A stretch of DNA of 63,799 bases, filler included, from Octopus bimaculoides (taxonomy: Eukaryota), in assembly GCF_001194135.2 (NCBI RefSeq). It is 7 parts of 7 records of this genome, joined end to end, with 100 filler letters (N's around TTAATTAATTAA, not from the genome) between each part and the next. Parts side by side here need not be neighbours in the genome. Positions count along the whole stretch, not along the records: positions 10,642 to 21,448 come from NC_068998.1; positions 21,549 to 25,666 come from NC_068983.1; 5 more parts are not named here. One strand, written 5' to 3'. Position numbers and translations under genes: made by a program. The notes beneath the pieces were generated by a model. It did not search any database and was not told the origin of the DNA. It worked only from the letters and a program-made list of their open reading frames with translations. This document shows, piece after piece, positions 11,593 through 23,603 of the stretch. The number at the start of each line of letters is the position of its first letter. The first letter of the stretch is position 1.

Positions 11593-12740
11593 AATATATG
11601 AGTATATGCATATATATGTACATGTATGTATATACGTTCATCTATATGTACATATAGATACANNNNNNNNNNNNNNNNNNNNNNNNNNNNNNNNNNNNNN
11701 NNNNNNNNNNNNNNNNNNNNNNNNNNNNNNNNNNNNNNNNNNNNNNNNNNNNNNNNNNNNNNNNNNNNNNNNNNNNNNNNNNNNNNNNNNNNNNNNNNNN
11801 NNNNNNNNNNNNNNNNNNNNNNNNNNNNNNNNNNNNNNNNNNNNNNNNNNNNNNNNNNNNNNNNNNNNNNNNNNNNNNNNNNNNNNNNNNNNNNNNNNNN
11901 NNNNNNNNNNNNNNNNNNNNNNNNNNNNNNNNNNNNNNNNNNNNNNNNNNNNNNNNNNNNNNNNNNNNNNNNNNNNNNNNNNNNNNNNNNNNNNNNNNNN
12001 NNNNNNNNNNNNNNNNNNNNNNNNNNNNNNNNNNNNNNNNNNNNNNNNNNNNCCTCCCACTCTCCCTCCCTCATCCCTTCGGGCCCTCATGACACCCACC
12101 GTCTTCCGTCCCTCTCGCCCCCTCATTCCCTCAGTCTCACCGATTATTCTCCAACAATAGACCTATTGACCTTTTTGTATTTATTCATTTCTACGAAGAA
12201 AGTGCTTAACCAAGTGTCACGGTGATCAAACGTGGCCCTCGCTCCACTCCACCGCGCCGATGTCCTGCAGGCGGCAGCACTGTGCGAGCGTGACAGCAGC
12301 AGCCGCAACAGCAGTAAAAAAGAAAGTAGGTGTGTTTGTGTGTGTATATGCACATGTGCACGCACCTGTGTGTGTGAAAATGGGAATATGTGAATGCGTG
12401 TCCGAGTGTGTGAGTGTGTGTCCGTGTAGGTGTTTGTGTGTGTGTTTATATGTCCATGTGTATGTGTGGAGGGAATGTCCGAGTGTGTTTGTGTGTGAAT
12501 GTGTGCCCGTGCTCGTGTGTCCATGTGTGTGTATATGTGTGTCCGTGTTTGTGTGTGTGTGTGTGTATGAGTGTGCATGTGTGTCTGTGTGTCTTTGTGT
12601 GGCTATGTGTACCTATGCTTACGTTTGTGTGTGTGCGTGTGTATCCGAGTCTGAGTGTCACTTTGTGGGCGTGTGTGTATGTATGTGTGTGTTTGTGTAT
12701 GTGTATTTGTGCGTGTGTATATATATATATATGTGTGTGT

Positions 12741-12774
<34 letters not shown>

Positions 12775-12922
12775 GTGTGTGTGTGTGCGTGTGGTGTGAC
12801 ACCGTCGGTTGGTTCCGCGGTGCCGTCAATAGGTTTAACAATCTGAGAACGAGTGTGGGCAGTGGTTGAACGCCAGTCGTGTGTATTCGAACGGGATGTG
12901 GTTGGGTAAGAGGAGTTAGTGA

Positions 12923-12956
<34 letters not shown>

Positions 12957-13169
12957 GCTAAAGAATTGGTATATATAGGGGGTTATGTAAAGGCAGTATG
13001 AGTGTGACGAGGGGGCGGATAGGATTTAGCGACAGTTGGTCAACTGAGTGTTGGAGAAGAAGAACCAGACGAAGAAAAGAAGAACAATGAATAGATTGAA
13101 AGAGGTGGGAGAAGGGCGAAAGGAAGAAACGAAAGAAGAAAGAGAAGAAGAAAACCAATCTTTCATATT

Positions 13170-13232
13170 TTATCTTTTATTCGCATCAGTCTTTGGACTG
13201 CGGCCATGCTGGAACGCAGCCTCGAAGGGATT
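13170..13232 (-). mobile_element. SINE family A tail
   Basis: Reverse complement GGCTGCGTTCCAGCATGGCCGCAGTCCAAAGACTGATG, followed by TAAAAGATAAAA. Confidence 0.75.
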
Positions 13233-13236
13233 AATC

Positions 13237-13520
13237 CAGTGGTTCTCAACCATTTTCTTACCTATAAACCCCATCTGATTACTGTTTTATTCTGGTGCAA
13301 TCCCCATAGCTATTCGATGTTTAAAAACCAGTTTTATAGAAACTTCTTTCAAAGTTCCTGTTTTGTATTTCACATATTGGTGTAAGGATGAATTATGGAA
13401 AATGGTTGGCAAAGAAACCAAGCTGTTTCTTCCAATGAAAAACGTTTAAAACAAAACTTCTCTCATGGATCCTTAATGTACGACCAAATTGCGTCTTTAA
13501 TTTACCATTTTACTTGCGTG
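13237..13520. mobile_element. Possible hAT-type MITE remnant
   Basis: Starts CAGTGGTTCTCAACC, a hAT/Charlie-like terminus. The partner TIR was not found and the right boundary is a guess. Confidence 0.3.
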
Positions 13521-13778
13521 CCCCTTTCTATAAATTTATCTATAAATTTCAGCTATATATATATATATATATATATAATTTATATATATAATTCAATAAT
13601 AGGATAAAATCTTTTACAAGAATTTTACCAAGAAGCTAGCGTGAAAAAACTCATAAGGGGAAAAAAGGAAAACCATCATTTTTATTCCCAAGAATATATT
13701 TATTTGTTTATAATTATATAAGGGCATTACTACAGAATAATGCCACACACTACACTTCGCATTATTCTGTAGTAATGC

Positions 13779-13821
<43 letters not shown>

Positions 13822-13857
13822 CAATATATATCCAATATATATATATATATATATATC

Positions 13858-14010
13858 CGACAGGCTTCTTTCAGTTTACGTCTACCAAGTTCACTCACAA
13901 GGCTTTGGTCGACCCGAAGCTATAGTAGAAAATACTTGCCCTAGGTGCCACGTAGTGCGACTGAACCCAGAACCATGTGGTTGGTAAGCAAACTACCTAC
14001 CACACAGCCA
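13858..14010 (-). mobile_element. SINE family A, 5' half
   Basis: Reverse complement matches the head and CORE-like box. Confidence 0.85.
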
Positions 14011-14544
14011 ATGCATGTATACATACATACATAATATATACATCCATCCATCCATCCATCCATCCATACATACATACATACATACATACGTACGTGTATA
14101 CATATATATATACATACATAAGGAAAGTCATCTTGCTTGCAGTACTGATAAAAGTGTGTATGATAATGAACGCCATGACTTCACATATGTGAACCCCTGC
14201 CATATTATATACAGCATTTATATTTAATAAACAAACAAAATGTAAAAAAAACGAAAAAAAAAGCCGAAAGAAAAATAAACACAAACACAATATTTATAAA
14301 CTGAAAACGTTATTATTATAAATATATGTACCCAGTTTTACTGTGCCCTATAAGTACCCGATCGATACCCGCCTATAACAGTGTTACCATGAATCGAACC
14401 CCTTTCAAAATTCCTCACCCACCAGAGCCAGCACCCACTCGAACCCGAATCTACCATGTGTGACAGAGAAATAATATTGTGGGTCGATGTTAGATTTTAA
14501 CTTTTATTTTTCCCAAAGGGACACGCCTATAACACTCGGTCTTT

Positions 14545-14685
14545 GATCTCCCCCCCTCTCTCTGTCTTCCTACTTTTCTTTCTGTCTACCTTTCTTTCCT
14601 TCTTTCTTTTCCTTTCCTTCTTTCTTTTCCTTTCCTTCTTTCTTTTCCTTTCCTTCTTTCTTTTCCTTTCCTTCTTTCTTTCTTC

Positions 14686-14725
<40 letters not shown>

Positions 14726-14847
14726 TTTCTCTCTTTCCTTCTTTCCTGCCCTCCTTTTTTTCTTTCTTTTTTTCTGATTTTCTTTCTTTATTTCTTTCTT
14801 TCTAATTTTCTTTCTTTTTTCTTTCTATCTTTCCTTCTTTCCTGCCC
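14545..14847. repeat. Polypyrimidine low-complexity tract including an 18-bp (CTTTCCTTCTTTCTTTTC)n minisatellite
   Basis: Visible tandem units at about 14580-14670. Confidence 0.9.
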
Positions 14848-15077
14848 NNNNNNNNNNNNNNNNNNNNNNNNNNNNNNNNNNNNNNNNNNNNNNNNNNNNN
14901 NNNNNNNNNNNNNNNNNNNNNNNNNNNNNNNNNNNNNNNNNNNNNNNNNNNNNNNNNNNNNNNNNNNNNNNNNNNNNNNNNNNNNNNNNNNNNNNNNNNN
15001 NNNNNNNNNNNNNNNNNNNNNNNNNNNNNNNNNNNNNNNNNNNNNNNNNNNNNNNNNNNNNNNNNNNNNNNNNNNNN

Positions 15078-15398
15078 AGCCTGCTCGTGTAATTAACGTG
15101 CAAGTGGCTGAGCACTCCACAGACACATGTACCCTTAACGTAGTTCTCGAGGATATTCAGCGTGACACAGTATGACAAGGCTGACCCTTTGAATTACAGG
15201 CACAACAGAAACAGGAAGAGCGAGAGAAAGTTGTGGTGAAAGAGTACAGCAGGGTTCGCCACCACCCCTGCCGGAGCCTCGTGGAGCTTCTAGGTGTTTT
15301 CGCTCAATAAACACTCACAACGCCCGGTTTGGGAATCGAAACCGCGATCCTATGACCGCGAGTCCGCTGCCCTAACCACTGGGCCATTGCGCCTCCAC
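15078..15398 (-). mobile_element. SINE family C (tRNA-Arg-like head), 3' end lost in a gap
   Basis: Reverse complement is highly similar to 63345-63737. Confidence 0.9.
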
Positions 15399-15399
15399 T

Positions 15400-15920
15400 A
15401 TGTATGCTATAGGTAACATGTAACCGAGCAAAACCTGTTGCATGACCAGGCCGTCGGTGACTACATAGGTAACGCTGCGAAGCCTGCTTATAAAACAGGG
15501 TGGTTTTCGTTGGGCATGCTGTAGGATGGAAAACAAAGCCTGTTAAAGGGCGGATGAACACAATAGGATCAACGGCCGTGCAACAGTTCGGAGAGAGAGA
15601 TTCCTAATCTTTGTTCGCATTTCTCACTAGGAGAAGAAGAATATTTTGTGACTTTGTTTGCTTCCAAAGCTTTCTTTAGGGACAATACAAAGGTTGTTTT
15701 GAAGGGTGTGGGATAGGACCTATTCAAGGGCCTTCCATGCATGTACAAACATTGCTTGAATTTTAAAATCTTTATTACGTCCTGCTTATGATGGTTGACC
15801 GTAGCAATGAAAGGAGAAACACGCCATGAACAATTCCTTGATGGAATGAAGGCATGTATCAGCGTGGGTTTTAAACACCTGTTGCAAGAGGCACCCATCA
15901 CTGAGACATCTGCTTTAAAA
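15400..15920 (+). mobile_element. Possible LINE 5' UTR and endonuclease start, heavily decayed
   Basis: Weak resemblance of MHVQTLLEF and APITETSAL to the RTE APE N-terminus (WNVRTLL, ALSETR). Many stops. Confidence 0.25.
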
Positions 15921-16004
15921 AGGCGTTGGTCCATCGACACACACGCGCACATATTCACACGTATAAATGAATATACACCAATGTGTGTGCTTGTATGTGT
16001 ATAA

Positions 16005-16045
<41 letters not shown>

Positions 16046-16139
16046 GATATATATAAATGTACATACGTACATAGACATATACACAATGAAACTAGTTTAA
16101 TATACACTCTTTCATCAAAAGCACAATGCTGGAAATTTT

Positions 16140-16320
16140 TGGTGAGGGGCCCAGTGGATTAGATCGACAGCAGTACGCAGCTGGTACTTAATTTATCGAC
16201 CCCGAAAGGATGAAAGGCAATGTCGACCTCGGCGGAATTTGAACCCAGAACGTAGCGGCAGACGAAATACTGCTAAGCATTTCACCCGACGTGCTAACGT
16301 TTCTGCCAGCTCGCTGCCTT
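16140..16320 (-). mobile_element. SINE family B
   Basis: GATCGACAGCAGTACGCAGCTGGTACTTAATTTATCGACCCCGAAAGGATGAAAGGC...TTTCTGCCAGCTCGC. Confidence 0.9.
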
Positions 16321-16438
16321 CATTAAAGTCGATATTAAAAGTGGGCTGTGCGCTGTATCACATGGCGTTTAATTGAAAAGTTTTTCATCAGCCATTTTTA
16401 TTTAGACAAAAACAAACAGTAAATAAATTATTATTATT

Positions 16439-16469
<31 letters not shown>

Positions 16470-16504
16470 TATGTATGTATGTATCTATCTATCTATCTAT
16501 ACAT

Positions 16505-16662
16505 CTGCACAACAGGCTTTGTTGAGTTTCCGTCCACAAAATACACAAAGAAGGCCTTAGTTAGCCGGAAGCTACAGTAGCAGACGCTTGCCCTAGGTGC
16601 TACGCAGTGGGACTGAACCCGGAATGACGTGGTTTGGAAGCAAACTTCTTACCACACAGCCA
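16505..16662 (-). mobile_element. SINE family A, 5' half
   Basis: GGTGCTACGCAGTGGGACTGAACCCGGAA...CTTACCACACAGCCAC. Confidence 0.85.
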
Positions 16663-16665
16663 CAC

Positions 16666-16700
<35 letters not shown>

Positions 16701-17152
16701 NNNNNNNNNNNNNNNNNNNNNNNNNNNNNNNNNNNNNNNNNNNNNNNNNNNNNNNNNNNNNNNNNNNNNNNNNNNNNNNNNNNNNNNNNNNNNNNNNNNN
16801 NNNNNNNNNNNNNNNNNNNNNNNNNNNNNNNNNNNNNNNNNNNNNNNNNNNNNNNNNNNNNNNNNNNNNNNNNNNNNNNNNNNNNNNNNNNNNNNNNNNN
16901 NNNNNNNNNNNNNNNNNNNNNNNNNNNNNNNNNNNNNNNNNNNNNNNNNNNNNNNNNNNNNNNNNNNNNNNNNNNNNNNNNNNNNNNNNNNNNNNNNNNN
17001 NNNNNNNNNNNNNNNNNNNNNNNNNNNNNNNNNNNNNNNNNNNNNNNNNNNNNNNNNNNNNNNNNNNNNNNNNNNNNNNNNNNNNNNNNNNNNNNNNNNN
17101 NNNNNNNNNNNNNNNNNNNNNNNNNNNNNNNNNNNNNNNNNNNNNNNNNNNN

Positions 17153-17263
17153 AATAAGTACTAGGCTTACAAAGAATAAGTCCTGGGGTCGATTTGTTCG
17201 ACTAAAGGTGGTGCTCCAGCATGGCCGCAGTCAAATGACTGAAACAAATAATAGAGTAAAAGA

Positions 17264-17264
<1 letters not shown>
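17153..17264 (+). mobile_element. SINE family A, 3' tail after a gap
   Basis: AATAAGTACTAGGCTTACAAAGAATAAGTCCTGGGGTCG...GCAGTCAAATGACTGAAAC. Confidence 0.9.
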
Positions 17265-17304
<40 letters not shown>

Positions 17305-17859
17305 AGAAAAAAAAGAGCTGCTAATTCAACGAGGCTGTACATCAGGTCGGGTTTTGTTTCATTTCTAAATCATTTTAAATGATTCGCCAGGAGACTGTGC
17401 CATCTTCTGGATCTCATTAGTAAAGAGGTTTAAAGGAATCGGCTTTTGTACCAAGAAAACTCGGGATCTCCACTCCTCCCCACCGCCCATACATACACAC
17501 ATAATACATACATACATACATACATGCATTCATACATACACACATACGTACATACGCACATACATACATGCATACAGAAATACACAGACATACGTACATG
17601 AATACATATATACGTATATATATATGTGTGTCTATATATATATATATATNNNNNNNNNNNNNNNNNNNNNNNNNNNNNNNNNNNNNNNNNNNNNNNNNNN
17701 NNNNNNNNNNNNNNNNNNNNNNNNNNNNNNNNNNNNNNNNNNNNNNNNNGCTGCTATTTCTGAACTTCGGTATGTGGCGAAGCAACTGTTGCTGATCCCT
17801 TAACTATGTTTATATATATATGCATGAACGTATGCACACAGACACAGACACGTACATAA

Positions 17860-18012
17860 CAGTGGCTATGTGGTAAGAAGTTTGCTTCTCAGCTTCATGA
17901 TTCTGGGTTCAGTCCCACGCTTGGCACCTTGGGCAAGAATCTTCCACAAAACCACGGGCTGACCAAAGCCTTGTTAGCGGATTTGGCTTGCAGAAACTGT
18001 ATGAAGTCCGAT
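17860..18012 (+). mobile_element. SINE family A, 5' half, decayed
   Basis: GTGGCTATGTGGTAAGAAGTTTGC...GGGTTCAGTCCCAC...GGCACCTTGGGCAAG. Confidence 0.85.
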
Positions 18013-18112
18013 GTATATCCATCCATCCATCCATCCATCCATACATACATACATACATACATAATGAGAGACGGAAGATGGACGATACGAAAGTTTTTAT
18101 CAATTACTACAG

Positions 18113-18203
18113 GTGTTTATACACATCAAGCATCGATCTCTCATGGGTGGAATATTCAACAACTGGTTCAGGAGCATCCGACGGTGCAGATGTGTCTCTT
18201 CAG
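18113..18203 (+). CDS. Candidate 91-bp exon, unassigned gene
   Basis: Acceptor TTTTTATCAATTACTACAG and donor CAG|GTGATA. Open in all three frames; one frame contains MGGIFNNWFRSIRRCRCVSS. Confidence 0.3.
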
Positions 18204-19029
18204 GTGATAAAGAGATATTACTCATTAAAATAACAGTTCCGCAATGTATCTTCTCAGTTCTCTTATATACAAGATCAATAATAAAAGAACAGATACAAAA
18301 AAAGGATCGCGCAATACAGCGAAAAAAATAATATACATAGAATTATTTTCAGGATCCAATAGAATGGAGGTATTTTAGTAACAAGAGTCTCCGAGCGAGT
18401 GCAAGGACTGCTAGAAATAACAAATATATATACATGACATATATATATATATATANNNNNNNNNNNNNNNNNNNNNNNNNNNNNNNNNNNNNNNNNNNNN
18501 NNNNNNNNNNNNNNNNNNNNNNNNNNNNNNNNNNNNNNNNNNNNNNNNNNNNNNNNNNNNNNNNNNNNNNNNNNNNNNNNNNNNNNNNNNNNNNNNNNNN
18601 NNNNNNNNNNNNNNNNNNNNNNNNNNNNNNNNNNNNNNNNNNNNNNNNNNNNNNNNNNNNNNNNNNNNNNNNNNNNNNNNNNNNNNNNNNNNNNNNNNNN
18701 NNNNNNNNNNNNNNNNNNNNNNNNNNNNNNNNNNNNNNNNNNNNNNNNNNNNNNNNNNNNNNNNNNNNNNNNNNNNNNNNNNNNNNNNNNNNNNNNNNNN
18801 NNNNNNNNNNNNNNNNNNNNNNNNNNNNNNNNNNNNNNNNNNNNNNNNNNNNNNNNNNNNNNNNNNNNNNNNNNNNNNNNNNNNNNNNNNNNNNNNNNNN
18901 NNNNNNNNNNNNNNNNNNNNNNNNNNNNNNNNNNNNNNNNNNNNNNNNNNNNNNNNNNNNNNNNNNNNNNNNNNNNNNNNNNNNNNNNNNNNNNNNNNNN
19001 NNNNNNNNNTATATATGTATACATATATA

Positions 19030-19186
19030 TACGACAGGCTTCTTTCAGTTTCCGTCTACCAAATCCACTCACAAGGTTTTGGTCGGCCTGAGGCTATAGT
19101 AGAAGACACTTGCCCAAGGTGCCACGCAGTGGGAATGAACTCGGAACCATGTGGTTGGTAAGCAAGCTACTTACCACACAGCCACT
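19030..19186 (-). mobile_element. SINE family A, 5' half
   Basis: Close match to the reverse complement of the family-A head and core. Confidence 0.9.
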
Positions 19187-19375
19187 CCACACACACACAT
19201 ATATACGTACGCTGAATACATCAAACAATGTCAACAAGTACTTTTCTCTATTGGGGATTTATCAGACAGGTACGAGGAGTGGAAAAGGAGGTAAGCAAGC
19301 GTCGGGTTTCGGTCATATTGTCAGTAAATGGTTTCAAGATCAACAGGAGATCATAAAACTGGTGCCAATTTCCAG

Positions 19376-19441
19376 ATTATGTGACATTAAATGGAAGCCG
19401 GATTAACGTCCATCTGGATATTGGCGCCGGGTTTATGGCAG
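19376..19441 (+). CDS. Candidate 66-bp phase-1/1 exon, unassigned gene
   Basis: Acceptor GCCAATTTCCAG and donor CAG|GTAACA. Translates (D)YVTLNGSRINVHLDIGAGFMA. Confidence 0.3.
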
Positions 19442-19708
19442 GTAACATGGCGCTGAATGTTCCAGACAGCATATTGCAGACTGAAGATAGGTACAAACGG
19501 GATAATGGAGATAATGGAGGATGGAAGAAGTGGAGGAGGAGGCGATACAGAGGAGGAGGAGGAGTAAAAGGAGGAGTAAAAGGAGGAGTAGGGGGATTGG
19601 AGCAGTTGGTTGGTTTCTTTTGAATTACACTATGACGTCACAAACACAAACTAATGGCATAACAGATAATCCACCTGCACACATGGATATAATATAGTTT
19701 TATGTCTG

Positions 19709-19750
<42 letters not shown>

Positions 19751-19783
19751 TTATATATATATATATATGTATGTATATGTATA

Positions 19784-19838
<55 letters not shown>

Positions 19839-20949
19839 NNNNNNNNNNNNNNNNNNNNNNNNNNNNNNNNNNNNNNNNNNNNNNNNNNNNNNNNNNNNNN
19901 NNNNNNNNNNNNNNNNNNNNNNNNNNNNNNNNNNNNNNNNNNNNNNNNNNNNNNNNNNNNNNNNNNNNNNNNNNNNNNNNNNNNNNNNNNNNNNNNNNNN
20001 NNNNNNNNNNNNNNNNNNNNNNNNNNNNNNNNNNNNNNNNNNNNNNNNNNNNNNNNNNNNNNNNNNNNNNNNNNNNNNNNNNNNNNNNNNNNNNNNNNNN
20101 NNNNNNNNNNNNNNNNNNNNNNNNNNNNNNNNNNNNNNNNNNNNNNNNNNNNNNNNNNNNNNNNNNNNNNNNNNNNNNNNNNNNNNNNNNNNNNNNNNNN
20201 NNNNNNNNNNNNNNNNNNNNNNNNNNNNNNNNNNNNNNNNNNNNNNNNNNNNNNNNNNNNNNNNNNNNNNNNNNNNNNNNNNNNNNNNNNNNNNNNNNNN
20301 NNNNNNNNNNNNNNNNNNNNNNNNNNNNNNNNNNNNNNNNNNNNNNNNNNNNNNNNNNNNNNNNNNNNNNNNNNNNNNNNNNNNNNNNNNNNNNNNNNNN
20401 NNNNNNNNNNNNNNNNNNNNNNNNNNNNNNNNNNNNNNNNNNNNNNNNNNNNNNNNNNNNNNNNNNNNNNNNNNNNNNNNNNNNNNNNNNNNNNNNNNNN
20501 NNNNNNNNNNNNNNNNNNNNNNNNNNNNNNNNNNNNNNNNNNNNNNNNNNNNNNNNNNNNNNNNNNNNNNNNNNNNNNNNNNNNNNNNNNNNNNNNNNNN
20601 NNNNNNNNNNNNNNNNNNNNNNNNNNNNNNNNNNNNNNNNNNNNNNNNNNNNNNNNNNNNNNNNNNNNNNNNNNNNNNNNNNNNNNNNNNAAATAAAGAT
20701 ATTTTTAGGTGTCCCCGTTTTCATTCAATGGCACCGATCGTAGCCGTGTTTATAGATCACGTGACACCTTGTCGATTGACTAAAACCAGTAATCAATAAT
20801 GGTGACTTCCCCCTCCCCCATTCCCCTACAACTGCCCTACGCCCACAAAAGACAGTGCGACATCTGCCGGATGTTCACAACATCAACATCTCTATCTTCT
20901 TTTTCTTCTTCTTCTTTTCCTTCTCCTTCTTCTTCAAAGCAACTGATAT

Positions 20950-21370
20950 TTTCATTTTATTTCCTTTTTCATTTTGTCTAGTTTCAGCTCATGAGCTGTG
21001 GCCATGCTGGGGCACCGCATGGAATTGACATTTGGTGCATGAGGTTTGATGCAGCTGCTCTCATCTGCACCTCCTGTCGTGAAGTTGGTTCATCTGGGAC
21101 AGCCTCATCTCTAGACACCTACATCCACCCCATGCAGGTCTTTCAGGTCCTTCGGGAAGATATTGAAGAGCTGTAGACCTCTGAAGCCCAGGCTATTGCA
21201 GTATCTTGTCCTACATCTTGATGGCAAATTTGGAGTCCTTGGCACTATGCAATGGCATCCAGTTCTTTTATTTGTGTAACTTTCGATGCCAAAGTCTGGG
21301 ACAATTCCTTCGAGGATCTTCCAGATGTATATTATGGCATATCTTTCTCGCCTACGCTCTAAGGAATAGA
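20950..21370 (-). mobile_element. CR1/L2-like LINE, 3' end
   Basis: Minus translation YSLERRRERYAIIYIWKILEGIVPDFGIESYTNKRTG...RTRYCNSLGFRGLQLFNIFPKDLKDLHGVDV. Ends GCGGTGCCCCAGCATGGCCACAGCTCATGAGCTGAAACTAGA plus an A-rich tail. Confidence 0.85.
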
Positions 21371-21548
21371 GTCTTAATCTCTCTCTATATATAAAAGAAA
21401 AATAAGAAAATGGAGTTTGGGAAGTTAATAATTGTTTATTATTAACAGNNNNNNNNNNNNNNNNNNNNNNNNNNNNNNNNNNNNNNNNNNNNTTAATTAA
21501 TTAANNNNNNNNNNNNNNNNNNNNNNNNNNNNNNNNNNNNNNNNNNNN

Positions 21549-21589
<41 letters not shown>

Positions 21590-21590
<1 letters not shown>

Positions 21591-21830
21591 GATAATATTA
21601 GACCCTCTGACTTTCGTTTTCTGAGGTGTGCTGAAGAAGGTTTTCTCATTGAAAATCCCAAATATTACATTGCTGATCTGAAGGAATGCACCATGAATGA
21701 ATGTGTTCAAATTTACGGAAATGTGGAGTTCCTGCATCGATTTCATGTAACACTCACAAAGCGAATCGAATATTGCGTCTCTATTAGTGGAAACCATGTT
21801 GGAAAAGTTACTCATTGATGTAACTGAATA
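21590..21830 (+). mobile_element. Tc1/mariner-superfamily transposase C-terminal remnant
   Basis: DNIRPSDFRFL...ADLKECTMNECVQI...HRFHVTLTKRIEYCVSISGNHV* resembles the SPDLTPxDFFLW...LK..I..EC..I...RI..C....G.H C-terminus. Confidence 0.7.
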
Positions 21831-22530
21831 ATGTTTTCAAAAATGATCGCGACTGTCGGACGAACGGGAAAGCGAAACTCTGAATAATGGTTTGCGAAGA
21901 TTATGCGCATATATACATAAGCAGATATGCACACACCCACATATATGAATGTGTCGGGCTGTACCTTCCCCTGTAATTAGTTTGCTATTTACCATTACAT
22001 TAATTATCTAATCAGTCTCCTACTCCCTTCCTCTCTTTACGCTATTCTGACTTTCTCTCTCCTCATTAACGCAATATCTTTTTTTTCCCCATGTTCTCTT
22101 TCCAATTCTTGCTGTATTTCTCTTTACCTTCCTCTCATTATTTGCTTAATCACATACACACTCCCTATCTCTTTCATTTTCTCTCTCTCCCTCTCGTTCT
22201 CTCACTATCTCTCTCTCCAACTCACTCTTTCTTTTTTTTTCTCTTTCCTCCTCCCCACTGCCTGCTTCTTTTTCACTTTCTTTCGCTCGTTTTCTTTTTC
22301 CGTTTCTCCCGCATTATAATTTCTCCCCCCCTTACTCTCTCTCTTTCTCTTTCTCTTCCAATATAGTCGTTTCTCTCTCTATCTCTTTTTCTATCTCACT
22401 TTCTCTCTCTTTCTCTATTTTTCTCACTCGCGCGCTGAAAAATGCTGTTTGTCTTTCACACACCGTCTCTCTTTATCTATTCCTCTCAGTGTCTTCATTT
22501 CTCTCTCTCTCCCATATCTGTGACAGTTTC

Positions 22531-22565
<35 letters not shown>

Positions 22566-22772
22566 NNNNNNNNNNNNNNNNNNNNNNNNNNNNNNNNNNN
22601 NNNNNNNNNNNNNNNNNNNNNNNNNNNNNNNNNNNNNNNNNNNNNNNNNNNNNNNNNNATTTCTTTCTTTCCCACATCTGTTATTTCTCGCCTTCCGTTT
22701 CTGGCTATTTGCCTCTCCACGTCAAACTCATCTCTTTCTTTCCGACTCCTTGTCGATCTATCTATCTATCTG

Positions 22773-22825
<53 letters not shown>

Positions 22826-23012
22826 TTCTAATTCTATTTCTTTGTTTCCCCTCATTTAATACATTTTTGCTGTATGTTCTTCAAATTGATGTCAGAGTAT
22901 AGTACTGCACTTTTAAACGAGATCTGTCGTGTTTAACACCCATTAATGTTGACATCACACACTCACACACTCACACACACATATGCACATACACACATAC
23001 ACACCTACATAA

Positions 23013-23043
<31 letters not shown>

Positions 23044-23525
23044 TGTCTTTCAGATGTACAAATCTGCAGAAAGTGTTAAATGCGAGAACCAACCATGTGT
23101 AGGCGGCGAATGATTGCGTGTTTAAATACATACAAAATTCCACAATGTCTTCATACTAACAGAACTGTATATCTGCTTATGTATGTTTGTATAAACTTCG
23201 TGTCTACACATTCATGAAATTATATACATGTGCGCTTGCATTTTGATGTGGAGCATATGTATGTATGTATGTCTATGCAGAGTGTTCATAAATTATCTTT
23301 ACAACTTTCACAATTTATCGCATCTACTGAAGTAGAGATCCATCTTGGAAGTCTTCTGCAAATTCAAATAAATCTGTGTTTGTCTTCGATTTCCAATGAA
23401 CTCTGCTGAGTTATTCTCATCTTTCATTTATTTCTGAATGCATTCGTTTATGTTTTGCTCTGTCTGTGACTGTGTGTATTTATGCCACTGTCAAGTTTTG
23501 TAATTTGCTTATTTCATAAGCGCAG

Positions 23526-23603
23526 GTATAGGAACGAAGATCAAATAGCCGTAAACTGCGAATTTCTATCTCACCGTTGCGAAAGCACAATCAACAGTAG
23601 AAC
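23526..23603 (+). CDS. Candidate 78-bp phase-2/2 exon, unassigned
   Basis: Acceptor TTGCTTATTTCATAAGCGCAG and donor AAC|GTATGA. The only open frame is YRNEDQIAVNCEFLSHRCESTINSR. Confidence 0.25.

Noticed and set aside
19376-19441. Reading DIGAGF as a kinase glycine loop, SAM-binding motif or laminin-G strand
   Set aside because: No downstream VAxK, HRD or DFG exons were found and the spacing fits LamG poorly. The motif is too short to assign a function.
20756-20766. ATCACGTGAC E-box/CLEAR-like site
   Set aside because: A single short motif with no promoter evidence; expected by chance.
21549-21818. Apparent host exon after (GT)nGCAG
   Set aside because: The translation matches a Tc1/mariner transposase C-terminus.
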